Shown here: positions 45,601-53,913 of the stretch, piece by piece | Numbering within the stretch: position 1 is the stretch's first letter | Layout of the letters: every line of letters begins with the position of its first letter | Assembly (NCBI GenBank): GCA_016180945.1 | Contig: JACPAG010000003.1 | Coordinates: forward strand, 107,394 to 171,393 | Length of the DNA stretch: 64,000 nucleotides | Direction of reading: 5' to 3' | Source of the DNA: Candidatus Aenigmatarchaeota archaeon | GTDB lineage: Archaea > Aenigmatarchaeota > Aenigmatarchaeia > GW2011-AR5 | Notes under the pieces: model-generated | Database searches by the model: none | Told to the model about the DNA's origin: nothing | Seen by the model: only the letters and a program-made list of their open reading frames with translations | Program-made: the position numbers and the translations under genes

Positions 45601-45695
45601 TCTTATACAATTGTATACACTAATTATTTAAGGTTTGCGTGCAGCTTGGAACGAATCAAGATTTCGAGAAATCGAATAAGCTTTGGCACTTTCAA

Positions 45696-46772
45696 TTATT
45701 CCGCCATAACTTTGTTCTTCTCAGCCACAGAACCGCTCTTCATCCAGTTGCTTAATATCAGTTGGTGCGCCTCGCAAGGCGTCCAGCAGTTGGGGCACTG
45801 CAGCTTTTCCGTCTTTTCCTTTGTTATTCTTGTCTGTTCCGACCCAAGTATTTTCCTCAGGTCATAATCCGTTTCTCGTAAATTTCCTACTTTCTCGTTG
45901 AAGATTATGCACGGAAATACGTTTCCCCAGGGGTCGACGAAGCAGGACATGTCCATTATGTTGCACGGCATCGGCGTCTTGCCTTGCTGCAGGTATTGGA
46001 TGCCCATCTGCAGGTACCTGTTTTCAATGGTTCCGATTATCCCTTTTTTCTGCCGCATTGAAAGTATGGACTCAATCTCCTTTATCGCCTTTGCTGCATA
46101 GCCGTCCGGCAGCTGCGCTCCGCCAGTATGGAAATATGTTTCCGATGTCTGGTAGATATTGACATGAAAATCATTGACGGTTATTTCTGGCATTATTTCC
46201 TTTATACCAGAGAGCATTTTGCTGAAGACGCCCACGTTTTCAGGATACATCGTATAGCCGAAGAACACGCCGAAATTTTTATGGTCTTTTTTCAATGCCC
46301 GCAGCTTCTGGTAAAGACTTATTGCCCGGTCCCAGTTGCCAGGAACCCCCCTGACTCTGTCGTGCGTCTCCTTGTCGCCGTCCAGGCTGACAGTGATCAC
46401 GTATTTCTTGTCAAAGAACTCCAGCACTTGGCAGATTTTCTTGTATATGTCATCAGGCATGATAGAGTTCGTCGGCGTCGTTACTACGTATAGGTTTGGC
46501 AATTTGCTGAAAGCCCTTACTATCTCAACATAATCCTTTCTCAGCGTCGGCTCGCCGCCCGTTAGCCGGACCCACTGGATGAACGGAATCTTGCTGACGA
46601 ATTTTTCTATCTCTTCAAGCGTTAGCTCGTTTTGCGGTTTCAGCTCCCATATCTTGCAAAAAGTACAACGCGAGTTGCACCAGTAGGTGATTGCAAAATT
46701 AAGCTGGTAAGGCATTGAAAAGCCCAGGTTTGTCGCAGCGATTTTATAGCCGAGTTTTATTTGCGATAGCAT
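45696..46772 (-). CDS. radical SAM protein with Cys-rich (SPASM-like) C-terminus
   Basis: CNSRCTFC (CxxxCxxC) near the N-terminus. C-terminal ...MPCNIMDMSCFVDPWGNVFPC...CPNCWTPCEA. Confidence 0.8.
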   Translation of the reverse strand: MLSQIKLGYKIAATNLGFSMPYQLNFAITYWCNSRCTFCKIWELKPQNELTLEEIEKFVSKIPFIQWVRLTGGEPTLRKDYVEIVRAFSKLPNLYVVTTPTNSIMPDDIYKKICQVLEFFDKKYVITVSLDGDKETHDRVRGVPGNWDRAISLYQKLRALKKDHKNFGVFFGYTMYPENVGVFSKMLSGIKEIMPEITVNDFHVNIYQTSETYFHTGGAQLPDGYAAKAIKEIESILSMRQKKGIIGTIENRYLQMGIQYLQQGKTPMPCNIMDMSCFVDPWGNVFPCIIFNEKVGNLRETDYDLRKILGSEQTRITKEKTEKLQCPNCWTPCEAHQLILSNWMKSGSVAEKNKVMAE

Positions 46773-46798
46773 TTATCTTATCCCCAAAGTTTTTGTTT

Positions 46799-47039
46799 AT
46801 CTAAGATGAACATTGAAAACCATGGTCTTTAGGCCATGGATAAAATACAATGTTCATCTGGATCCCATCTTCTCACACAAGAAGGAACCGTGTTCCTTCT
46901 GTGCAGACAACGAAGAACCTTTTGTTCTTCGATGTCTTGCAAACCACCGACTTTCCGTCAGAAACCAGAGGTTTCTGCGGAATTCAGGAAAGCTCTGCTC
47001 TCCGTGAATTAGTCGGTGATATATAAGGAAGATGTGATT
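46799..47039 (+). repeat. family-A element, copy 4 (241 nt)
   Basis: Helix 1 is changed on both arms (GATGAACATTG / CAATGTTCATC). Carries a 56-nt two-hairpin insert inside the CTTTAG loop (46954-47009). Confidence 0.8.
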
Positions 47040-47077
47040 AAAGTATCTTGACTTACTTCAATACAGCGGATGACGGC

Positions 47078-47752
47078 TTACCCGCCTACCTCCTTCAGTA
47101 TCGTCTTCAGTATAACCCACCCGTCGCGGAACGTTCTTAATTTGCCAGCCCCGCTGTTCCTTGCCTTTTCGAAACTGGGAACTTCCAGTATTCTTAGTTT
47201 GCTTTTAGCCGCCTTTATGGCAATCTCGGCCTCTATCCCGAAGCCCTCTGATTCCGTTTCAAGCAGCTTCACGCCTTTTTTAGAGAAAGACCGGTAGCCG
47301 TAGCACAAATCCGAATATTTCGTCTTCCAGAACAGGTTTACAAGCCTGACAAAAAACTTGTTGCCCAGCCTGCGGTAGAACGGCATGTCAGCCGTTCCGC
47401 CCCCCTGAAGGAATCGAGACCCCATGCAGACGTCGAATCCTGCTTCTATCCCTTCTATCAGCAGCCCCATTTCTTTCGCCGTGTGGGAACAGTCCGCGTC
47501 CATTGTTATGACTATGCTCCCCTTCGCATGGTTCATGCCCTTTTTCAGCGCAGAGCCCTTGCCCTTGTCGTCGAAAATTATTTTGGCGCCGTGTTTTTTT
47601 GCTATTTCAACCGTTTTATCGGCAGAATAGCCGTCCACGATTATTATCTCATAATCGTATCTTCTTTTATTCAGAAAATCAGCCGTATCCCTCACGACTG
47701 TTCCTATGTTCTTCTCCTCGTTCAGCGTCGGTATCACGACAGAAACAAGCAT
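47078..47752 (-). CDS. glycosyltransferase family 2
   Basis: VSVVIPTLNEEKNI, IIIVDGYSADKT and ITMDADCSH. Confidence 0.8.
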   Translation of the reverse strand: MLVSVVIPTLNEEKNIGTVVRDTADFLNKRRYDYEIIIVDGYSADKTVEIAKKHGAKIIFDDKGKGSALKKGMNHAKGSIVITMDADCSHTAKEMGLLIEGIEAGFDVCMGSRFLQGGGTADMPFYRRLGNKFFVRLVNLFWKTKYSDLCYGYRSFSKKGVKLLETESEGFGIEAEIAIKAAKSKLRILEVPSFEKARNSGAGKLRTFRDGWVILKTILKEVGG

Positions 47753-47840
47753 ATGTTAGATTATTATAGCAATTGTTATGTAAAGTTAACGGCTTCCTTT
47801 TTACGCCTATCAATCTTCTAATTTATCAAATTCCTGAGTA

Positions 47841-48419
47841 ATGACAAGATATATAAATCGTACTTCCTATACATTACTTATGGCAGCGGCAATAAACTTC
47901 GACCGTATCTTCTTCCACCGACGTCATTACGGCGTTATGCTGTCCGTGATATTTCTCGTTCTGTTAGTCGGGCTGGCCATGCTTTACCAGTACCAGAGAC
48001 CAAAGCATCAAGCGTCGCAAGACACCCCCTCAATCAGCAGAGAGGAAGCTGAAAACATAAAAATGCAGCAATACGGCGGTAATAAACCACAGCGCATTGA
48101 TTTGCCCAGTTTTTCTGCTGCTTCTTTATGCAAAGAATTTGGTAACATTTCAAGTGAAATTAGCTGCGAAAAGGCCGCAGAGGCTGCCCTGATAAATTAT
48201 AGCGGGGATATTTTATCTATAAGCAAAAAGGAGAATTCTATAGTTGGCATATCGCGCAACGGGTCTACGGCGCAAATCAAAAGCACCATCTGGATTATCC
48301 AGATGAATTTGTACGAGTCCAAGGAAGTAAAACTGCCGGATGGCAGCTCAGAGTTCAGGTATAGGGCATCTATAGCAGTCGATGCCAAAAAAGGTAACGC
48401 ATATCTGTATGGTGTTTGA
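47841..48419 (+). CDS. membrane-anchored hypothetical protein
   Basis: 192 aa. One TM span (VMLSVIFLVLLVGLAMLY) and a ~130-aa ectodomain. Its stop overlaps the start of the next gene. Confidence 0.45.
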   Translation: MTRYINRTSYTLLMAAAINFDRIFFHRRHYGVMLSVIFLVLLVGLAMLYQYQRPKHQASQDTPSISREEAENIKMQQYGGNKPQRIDLPSFSAASLCKEFGNISSEISCEKAAEAALINYSGDILSISKKENSIVGISRNGSTAQIKSTIWIIQMNLYESKEVKLPDGSSEFRYRASIAVDAKKGNAYLYGV

Positions 48420-48424
48420 TAAGT

Positions 48425-50584
48425 ATGAAAATACATTCTTTTGTTTTTCCTGTAGCAATGTTGGCTTTCTTGATTGTCAACACTGGCATTTCATTGGCAA
48501 GCGTTTGTTACGGGCCTGTTGATGGGTGCTATGCCTCTGGGGTTTGTAGTAGCAATTGTGATGCGTGGTGTCAAGGTCAGGGATATACAGGGGGTGCATG
48601 CCAAGGTTCAACATCTTCCTGTGGTGACACGAATTATCCTGAATCATGCAATTGTTATAATAGTCTGACATGCCCTGCCAGCTGCAGCGCAACTTCCGCA
48701 GCATGCAATCCAACGCCGTCATGCTGGACATGCACGAGCGATAACAGTTACACCAATTGGATAGGCGACGCAGCCTGTGATGATTTCTGCGGCGAAACCT
48801 CAGGTCCTGGTTCATGTCATTCTGCTGCATGCGTGACATCAACTACAACCTCAACATCTACGAGTACAAGCACCAGTACTTCCACATCTACCAGCACTTC
48901 TACTTCCACCACCTCTACGTCCACCTCGACATCAACATCCACTTCAACATCAACAAGCACATCGACATCAACGAGCACTACTAGTACTTCAACATCCACC
49001 ACCTCAACCTCCACAAGCACTTCAACCAGCACGACGACTACGGCGCCTGGAGGTTGCCCGGCACCTACAATTCGCGATTTCTCTCATACGGAGAACACCT
49101 TGCTTATAGCACTTAACAAAGTGTCTCAGGCAGACCATTACGAGGCTCAATGGTGCATGAACGAGCACGGCGTATCCTCTTTCACCGATCCTCTATGCTG
49201 TAGCAATCCTAATGGTTGCTCCAAAACCGTTGCAGTTGGAAGCTCTCCTTGGGATGTGACCGTTCCTGCATACCATCATATTGATATAGAAAACTATGTT
49301 GATACGTCATCAACACCAAATGCACTTTTCTCGAAAACGAAATATAACATGCGGGTAAGGTCGATATGTGGCACCTTGCAAAGTGGATGGACGCCAGCGG
49401 ACAATGACTGGCTTGGTTGCACCGTTTTGGGCTTCTGCTACGGCACAGGAGATACGACATGCTCGAATCTAGTGAAGACAGGAACCCCATCCTCAGAGTC
49501 TGTACAATTTGGCCCACCTGGTTCGTGTTCTGTTAGCGTCGCACCATACGCGCAGAAAACAGGCGCGCCAATAGGCGCATATGGAAATACTTTCGTATCT
49601 ACATCAGGCGTCTTAACCGTGAAAAAATTTGAATTTGACGATCAGGACGGCGGAAGCTGCGACATAGACTACGGATTTACAAATAGTTGGTCAAAACCGC
49701 AGACAGACTGGCTAGACGTGCATGCAAAAGTCTACAGGAAAGACGGCGGCAGCAATCAGCAGGAAATAGGCTTCAGGGTATGGACGATATCATCAAACTG
49801 TGGAATAAGGAAATGGAACGGAGTAACTTCAACTTGGGGAGACTGCCTATCAACAACTGACCTGTCAAAATTATCGCCAAACGCCGTTCCTGGAAACGAC
49901 ATAGGCTCGACTTATAACATAGAATATTGCGGCGACGGGACTGTAACCAGCGGCTTGGCAGGCTGCACTGCATCGGGAGTTAACGAGATCTGCGACCCGC
50001 CTGGGAGCTGGCGCGGAACTTGCAGCGTGGGGAATACAAGAACAGAGGACCAGTGCAACAGCGCCTGCACTGGAAATGCTGATACGAACTCCTGTGAATC
50101 AGACTGTGGAGCCGAAGTTGCATGCGATGAAAAGAACATAGGAGATCTGTGTATAACTGGAAACGGGGATAATGGAACGTGTACTAGCTTATGCGAATGT
50201 AGGGCTAGCTGCACTAGAAATGCAGACTGTGGTGCAGGCAGATGCTGCCTTGGTCATACAGCGCCGCCAGAAGCCGCTGGACCTCTATACGGAACAGGAG
50301 ACCGGGCTGCTGCCACTTGTGTTAGCAAACAGGTGTATGCTGCAAATTCCGCTTATCTCTGCGACCCTGGAACATGGATTGTATGCGACGAAAGCAAAGT
50401 AGGTATCAAGAAGGAATTTGATAATCGTGTTTTCGTTTGTATCAAAGAAAACGAAACTTACAAATGGATTGAAACGACAGCCACTCAGTTACCGCAGCCA
50501 ACCAAAAGCGAAGAATTTGTTATAGATTTGCCGAATATCTTCTCAGAGATAATAAAGCTGTTCGCAATGATGTTTGTACTCTAA
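48425..50584 (+). CDS. large secreted Cys-rich protein with (Thr-Ser)n linker
   Basis: Signal peptide MKIHSFVFPVAMLAFLIVNTGISLASV, a ~110-aa Cys-rich head, a ~65-aa TSTSTS linker, then a ~500-aa Cys-containing body. Confidence 0.7.
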   Translation: MKIHSFVFPVAMLAFLIVNTGISLASVCYGPVDGCYASGVCSSNCDAWCQGQGYTGGACQGSTSSCGDTNYPESCNCYNSLTCPASCSATSAACNPTPSCWTCTSDNSYTNWIGDAACDDFCGETSGPGSCHSAACVTSTTTSTSTSTSTSTSTSTSTSTSTTSTSTSTSTSTSTSTSTSTSTSTTSTSTSTTSTSTSTSTSTTTTAPGGCPAPTIRDFSHTENTLLIALNKVSQADHYEAQWCMNEHGVSSFTDPLCCSNPNGCSKTVAVGSSPWDVTVPAYHHIDIENYVDTSSTPNALFSKTKYNMRVRSICGTLQSGWTPADNDWLGCTVLGFCYGTGDTTCSNLVKTGTPSSESVQFGPPGSCSVSVAPYAQKTGAPIGAYGNTFVSTSGVLTVKKFEFDDQDGGSCDIDYGFTNSWSKPQTDWLDVHAKVYRKDGGSNQQEIGFRVWTISSNCGIRKWNGVTSTWGDCLSTTDLSKLSPNAVPGNDIGSTYNIEYCGDGTVTSGLAGCTASGVNEICDPPGSWRGTCSVGNTRTEDQCNSACTGNADTNSCESDCGAEVACDEKNIGDLCITGNGDNGTCTSLCECRASCTRNADCGAGRCCLGHTAPPEAAGPLYGTGDRAAATCVSKQVYAANSAYLCDPGTWIVCDESKVGIKKEFDNRVFVCIKENETYKWIETTATQLPQPTKSEEFVIDLPNIFSEIIKLFAMMFVL

Positions 50585-50598
50585 ATAGTATAAGAAAT

Positions 50599-51720
50599 TT
50601 ATGCAAACTGTTCGTAATAAGTCCGTATATAAACTGGTGTATTGAGGCCAGGATTTTCTTCTAAAATTCCCGCCAGCGCAACACTCCTGTCATTGATAAC
50701 GGCGCTAGTTTTTTTACGCCCCTCTCTGAAACCTTTGACTCCGTAGTCTATTCTATCAAGCGCACTCAAATGCCTGCCGGCTACTGCATCCGCTTCAGCT
50801 TTGAACTGTTCCCATCTGGCTTTCTTGCCTTCCAGCCTTTGGGCCAATTGCGTTATTTGCTGTTCTGTGAAGCCTTCGAGATATAAGGATGCATAGATGC
50901 CCACTCCTATTGCTTGTTGTTCGAATGGTGCTCTATCATAATGTTTTAAATCATCCATGGTACTTTCTTTTTTAGGTCCTCCAAGCCACAAGCTTGAATT
51001 GCGCATGCCCCAGAATTCAGAAAGAAATACTTCACCAGTATAACCTAATGCATCATCGAAAGCACCTGTCATCTCATATACCATCTGCCCGAAATCTTTG
51101 TTGACATGCCAAGGGAAGGACTTATCTTTGTCTCTTCTAGTCGGCCTGTCGTAGAAATCTATTGCAGCGCGCCCTATGTCTCCGTCCTTTGCAACGTTGT
51201 TTACAGTAATGAACAGCTTAGGTCTCCTGGAAACCCCCTGCTTGTCCGCTATGAAATTGTAGGCTTCCTGTAATTTTGAATCTATCCAATACATCGTTTC
51301 GTTGTCGCAGGGGGGACACTGCAACTCTAATCTTCGCTCATCCGTATCCGTATAGCGCCACAACTGCTTTTCCGGAGTGAGAACAGCATTAAACTTCGCA
51401 TTTTCACGAAGAGCTTGCTGATGGGCGCTTTCAAGATAAGGCTTCGCTTCTGCCTCAGTCAATCCAGGAAATTCTATCCTTGCCAGTCCGTCAGCGGTTT
51501 CAATAAAGTTTTCAATAAAGTATTTGGGCGCAGGCGTGGCAGTTGCAGGCGCCGCTGCTGGCGGCCTTTCAGGATAAGTAGGCACTGTTGCCTGCCCGCC
51601 TCCGGTAAGGGCTTTAACAGCCAGATAGGCAGCAAGACCCAATCCAGCCATACCCGTAAGTACATAAGGCAATACGCTTCTTCTTTCACTTCCTGTTACA
51701 ATTCCGTGCTTCGGCTGCAT
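50599..51720 (-). CDS. N-terminally anchored hypothetical protein with Pro/Ala-rich linker
   Basis: 373 aa. TM span VLPYVLTGMAGLGLAAYLAV, then the PERPPAAAPATATPAP linker. No motif recognised. Confidence 0.5.
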   Translation of the reverse strand: MQPKHGIVTGSERRSVLPYVLTGMAGLGLAAYLAVKALTGGGQATVPTYPERPPAAAPATATPAPKYFIENFIETADGLARIEFPGLTEAEAKPYLESAHQQALRENAKFNAVLTPEKQLWRYTDTDERRLELQCPPCDNETMYWIDSKLQEAYNFIADKQGVSRRPKLFITVNNVAKDGDIGRAAIDFYDRPTRRDKDKSFPWHVNKDFGQMVYEMTGAFDDALGYTGEVFLSEFWGMRNSSLWLGGPKKESTMDDLKHYDRAPFEQQAIGVGIYASLYLEGFTEQQITQLAQRLEGKKARWEQFKAEADAVAGRHLSALDRIDYGVKGFREGRKKTSAVINDRSVALAGILEENPGLNTPVYIRTYYEQFA

Positions 51721-51831
51721 GCCTTCACCTACTTACATTTACACCTGAAACTACTTGTCTTTTTGAGCCTGCAAATATAGTTACTGCTTGGTAGTATATA
51801 AAGGTTGCGGTGAAGGTATTTATAGGATGAA

Positions 51832-52080
51832 TTGAAAATATCTCACAGGGTGTTAAAAATGAGCGAGATAGTGTTTAATCCTAAAATATTGGGCGGCAAG
51901 CCTGTAATAAAAGGAACGAGGATTTCAGTAGACTTTATTCTGGAACTTTTATCTTCAGGCATGTCCGTCGACGACATTATAAGAGAATATCCCCACCTTA
52001 AGAGACAGGATATTTTGGCTGCGCTGAATTACGCAGCAAAAGCGATCAAAAAGGAAGAGATTATATCGCCCTTAAAGTAG
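51832..52080 (+). CDS. DUF433-family putative antitoxin
   Basis: PKILGGKPVIKGTRISVDFILELLSSGMSVDDIIREYPHLKRQDILAALNYA. The likely start is the Met at 51859. Confidence 0.7.
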   Translation: MKISHRVLKMSEIVFNPKILGGKPVIKGTRISVDFILELLSSGMSVDDIIREYPHLKRQDILAALNYAAKAIKKEEIISPLK

Positions 52081-52091
52081 TGGGTTTTGAA

Positions 52092-52445
52092 ATGAAATTA
52101 AAGCTTCTTACAGACGAAAATATAGCGAAGTCTGTGGTTAACGCCCTGCGCAGAACAGGCTACGATGTTAAGGATGTAAAGGAAGAAAAACTTTTTGGAA
52201 TAAGTGACGAAGAAGTACTCGAGCTTGCGAACAAAGAAAATAGGGTAATTATTACCCACGACAAAGATTTTGCAAATCTGATTAACAACCCGAATCAAAA
52301 GCATTCTGGCATTGTGTTAGTGCGATTTTCTGACCAGACTCCAGAAAATGTAATAAACAAACTTCTGCCTTTGTTGAAGAAGTTAAGGGACAAGATAAAA
52401 AATGCATTTTTACTAGTTGCCGACGATATGGCAAGAATTATTTGA
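52092..52445 (+). CDS. DUF5615 / Mut7-C-like PIN-type putative toxin
   Basis: MKLKLLTDENI... and VIITHDKDF. The usual partner of DUF433 genes. Confidence 0.65.
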   Translation: MKLKLLTDENIAKSVVNALRRTGYDVKDVKEEKLFGISDEEVLELANKENRVIITHDKDFANLINNPNQKHSGIVLVRFSDQTPENVINKLLPLLKKLRDKIKNAFLLVADDMARII

Positions 52446-52657
52446 GTCGTATATAAAAGTTGCGATGAAATTTATCTGCAACGTCATTGAAAACTACTAT
52501 GCTGAAAAAGACCTGAAGGAAGAACAAAGAAGCTGATTTAGCATTTATGCGGTTGAATTGTCCCAGCGAGCCAGCGAATTCTTAGAAAGGGCTTTTGCAA
52601 AAGTCTTATGCCAGTGGTATCCGCCAGCTTTAAATAGCACTGGTATACTAATACTAC

Positions 52658-52906
52658 TTGGTGGAAAAAGTGGAAAAAACTATTAAAGTAAGCGAAAAAA
52701 CCTATAGGAGGATAAACGAACTCGTAGGAGCATTGAGGGAAAAGAAAGGAAAGCCCGTTTCCATTAATGAGGCACTTTCAGAAGTATTGACTGAAATGAA
52801 AAAGTCTAAACCGTCCGATTTCGCGGGGAGCTGGAAGATGAGCGACAAAGAAGCGGCCAATTTAAAGAAGGAAATAAGAGAATTGTGGAAATCATGGAAA
52901 ATATAG
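52658..52906 (+). CDS. putative VapB-type antitoxin
   Basis: 82-aa ORF overlapping the downstream PIN gene by 22 nt. Non-ATG start in the ORF track. Confidence 0.5.
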   Translation: MVEKVEKTIKVSEKTYRRINELVGALREKKGKPVSINEALSEVLTEMKKSKPSDFAGSWKMSDKEAANLKKEIRELWKSWKI

Positions 52907-53295
52907 TTTTCGATTCGGATATACTGATAGATTTGGTTAAGGGCGCACCAAAAGTAGTGGAGACTGTAAAAAAGTTAGAGGTCGAGAATGAACTGTATAC
53001 GACAGACATAAACGCCTTTGAACTTTACTGGGGAGCCTATAAAAGCAAATATCATGAAAAAGAGCTCGCATCTGTAAAAGGTTTATTGAATACGTTTCGT
53101 TTAATAGGCACAAACGAAAATTCAATGGAAGTTGCGGCAAAAATTATAGCTGATCTGGAAAAGAAAGGCAAGCCAGTAGCATTGAGGGATTTATTCATCG
53201 GCGCTATGTGTCTTGCTAATTCTTTCAGGCTTTTCACAAGAAACACAAAGCATTTCAAAAATATGGAAGGATTAAAAATTATTGAGGTCGAATGA
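52885..53295 (+). CDS. vapC: PIN-domain toxin
   Basis: IVFDSDILIDLVKG (first acidic residue) ... LFIGAMCLANSFRLFTRNTKHF. Confidence 0.8.
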   Translation: MEIMENIVFDSDILIDLVKGAPKVVETVKKLEVENELYTTDINAFELYWGAYKSKYHEKELASVKGLLNTFRLIGTNENSMEVAAKIIADLEKKGKPVALRDLFIGAMCLANSFRLFTRNTKHFKNMEGLKIIEVE

Positions 53296-53338
53296 TGTTC
53301 ATGAAAATCTTTATATTTTCCCATCGTCAACTACTTTC

Positions 53339-53851
53339 ATGAAAAGCGCCCTCATCCTTGTTCTCATGCTTTTTGTTGCAGGATGCGTCACTACGGATTA
53401 TGGGTCTCAGAAAACAGTACAGACAACAGCGCCGGCAACCGTAGCAACAACTGTGCAGGCATCGGATGTGAGCATTTCTTTTGTTGAATTGCCGGATTCC
53501 ATAAAACCGAACAGCAAATTTGTCGTCAAATGGAAAGTCGATTCTAATCAAGGGAAAAACATAACGCATACGGCTGTGCACTACGGTTATGAATCCAGGC
53601 CAGGCGAATTTTCTCTGGAAAAAACGCCACAAGAAACCGGATATGCAGAGCTTACTCAAGAATTTGCTTCCGGCAAACATATAATACCAGCCATTTTTAA
53701 TTCAACAATTTCGCCTAAACAAAGCCCGATATATCTGAGAGCCCATGTCATAATAGACGGGAAAAATTATTGGACGCCGGAAAAACAAATTAAAGAGGTA
53801 ATGGCAGAGGCTGCCACAACTACAACAGGCAGCAAGCCTCGGGCTCCATGA
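53339..53851 (+). CDS. secreted/lipobox-like protein, unknown function
   Basis: MKSALILVLMLFVAGC signal with a Cys, followed by a beta-rich ~150-aa domain. Start moved from 53282 to the Met at 53339. Confidence 0.5.
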   Translation: MKSALILVLMLFVAGCVTTDYGSQKTVQTTAPATVATTVQASDVSISFVELPDSIKPNSKFVVKWKVDSNQGKNITHTAVHYGYESRPGEFSLEKTPQETGYAELTQEFASGKHIIPAIFNSTISPKQSPIYLRAHVIIDGKNYWTPEKQIKEVMAEAATTTTGSKPRAP

Positions 53852-53913
53852 TTCTGTTCTGCGCATTTGAGCAGTTCTAAATCTTTAAGTCGCAGAAATA
53901 ACAAAGTTTAATC

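Noticed and set aside
48817-49032. ORFs 48817..49032(-) and 54624..55112(-) with VEVLVDV-type repeats
   Set aside because: They are antisense translations of the (Thr-Ser)n coding microsatellites inside two well-supported + strand surface-protein genes.
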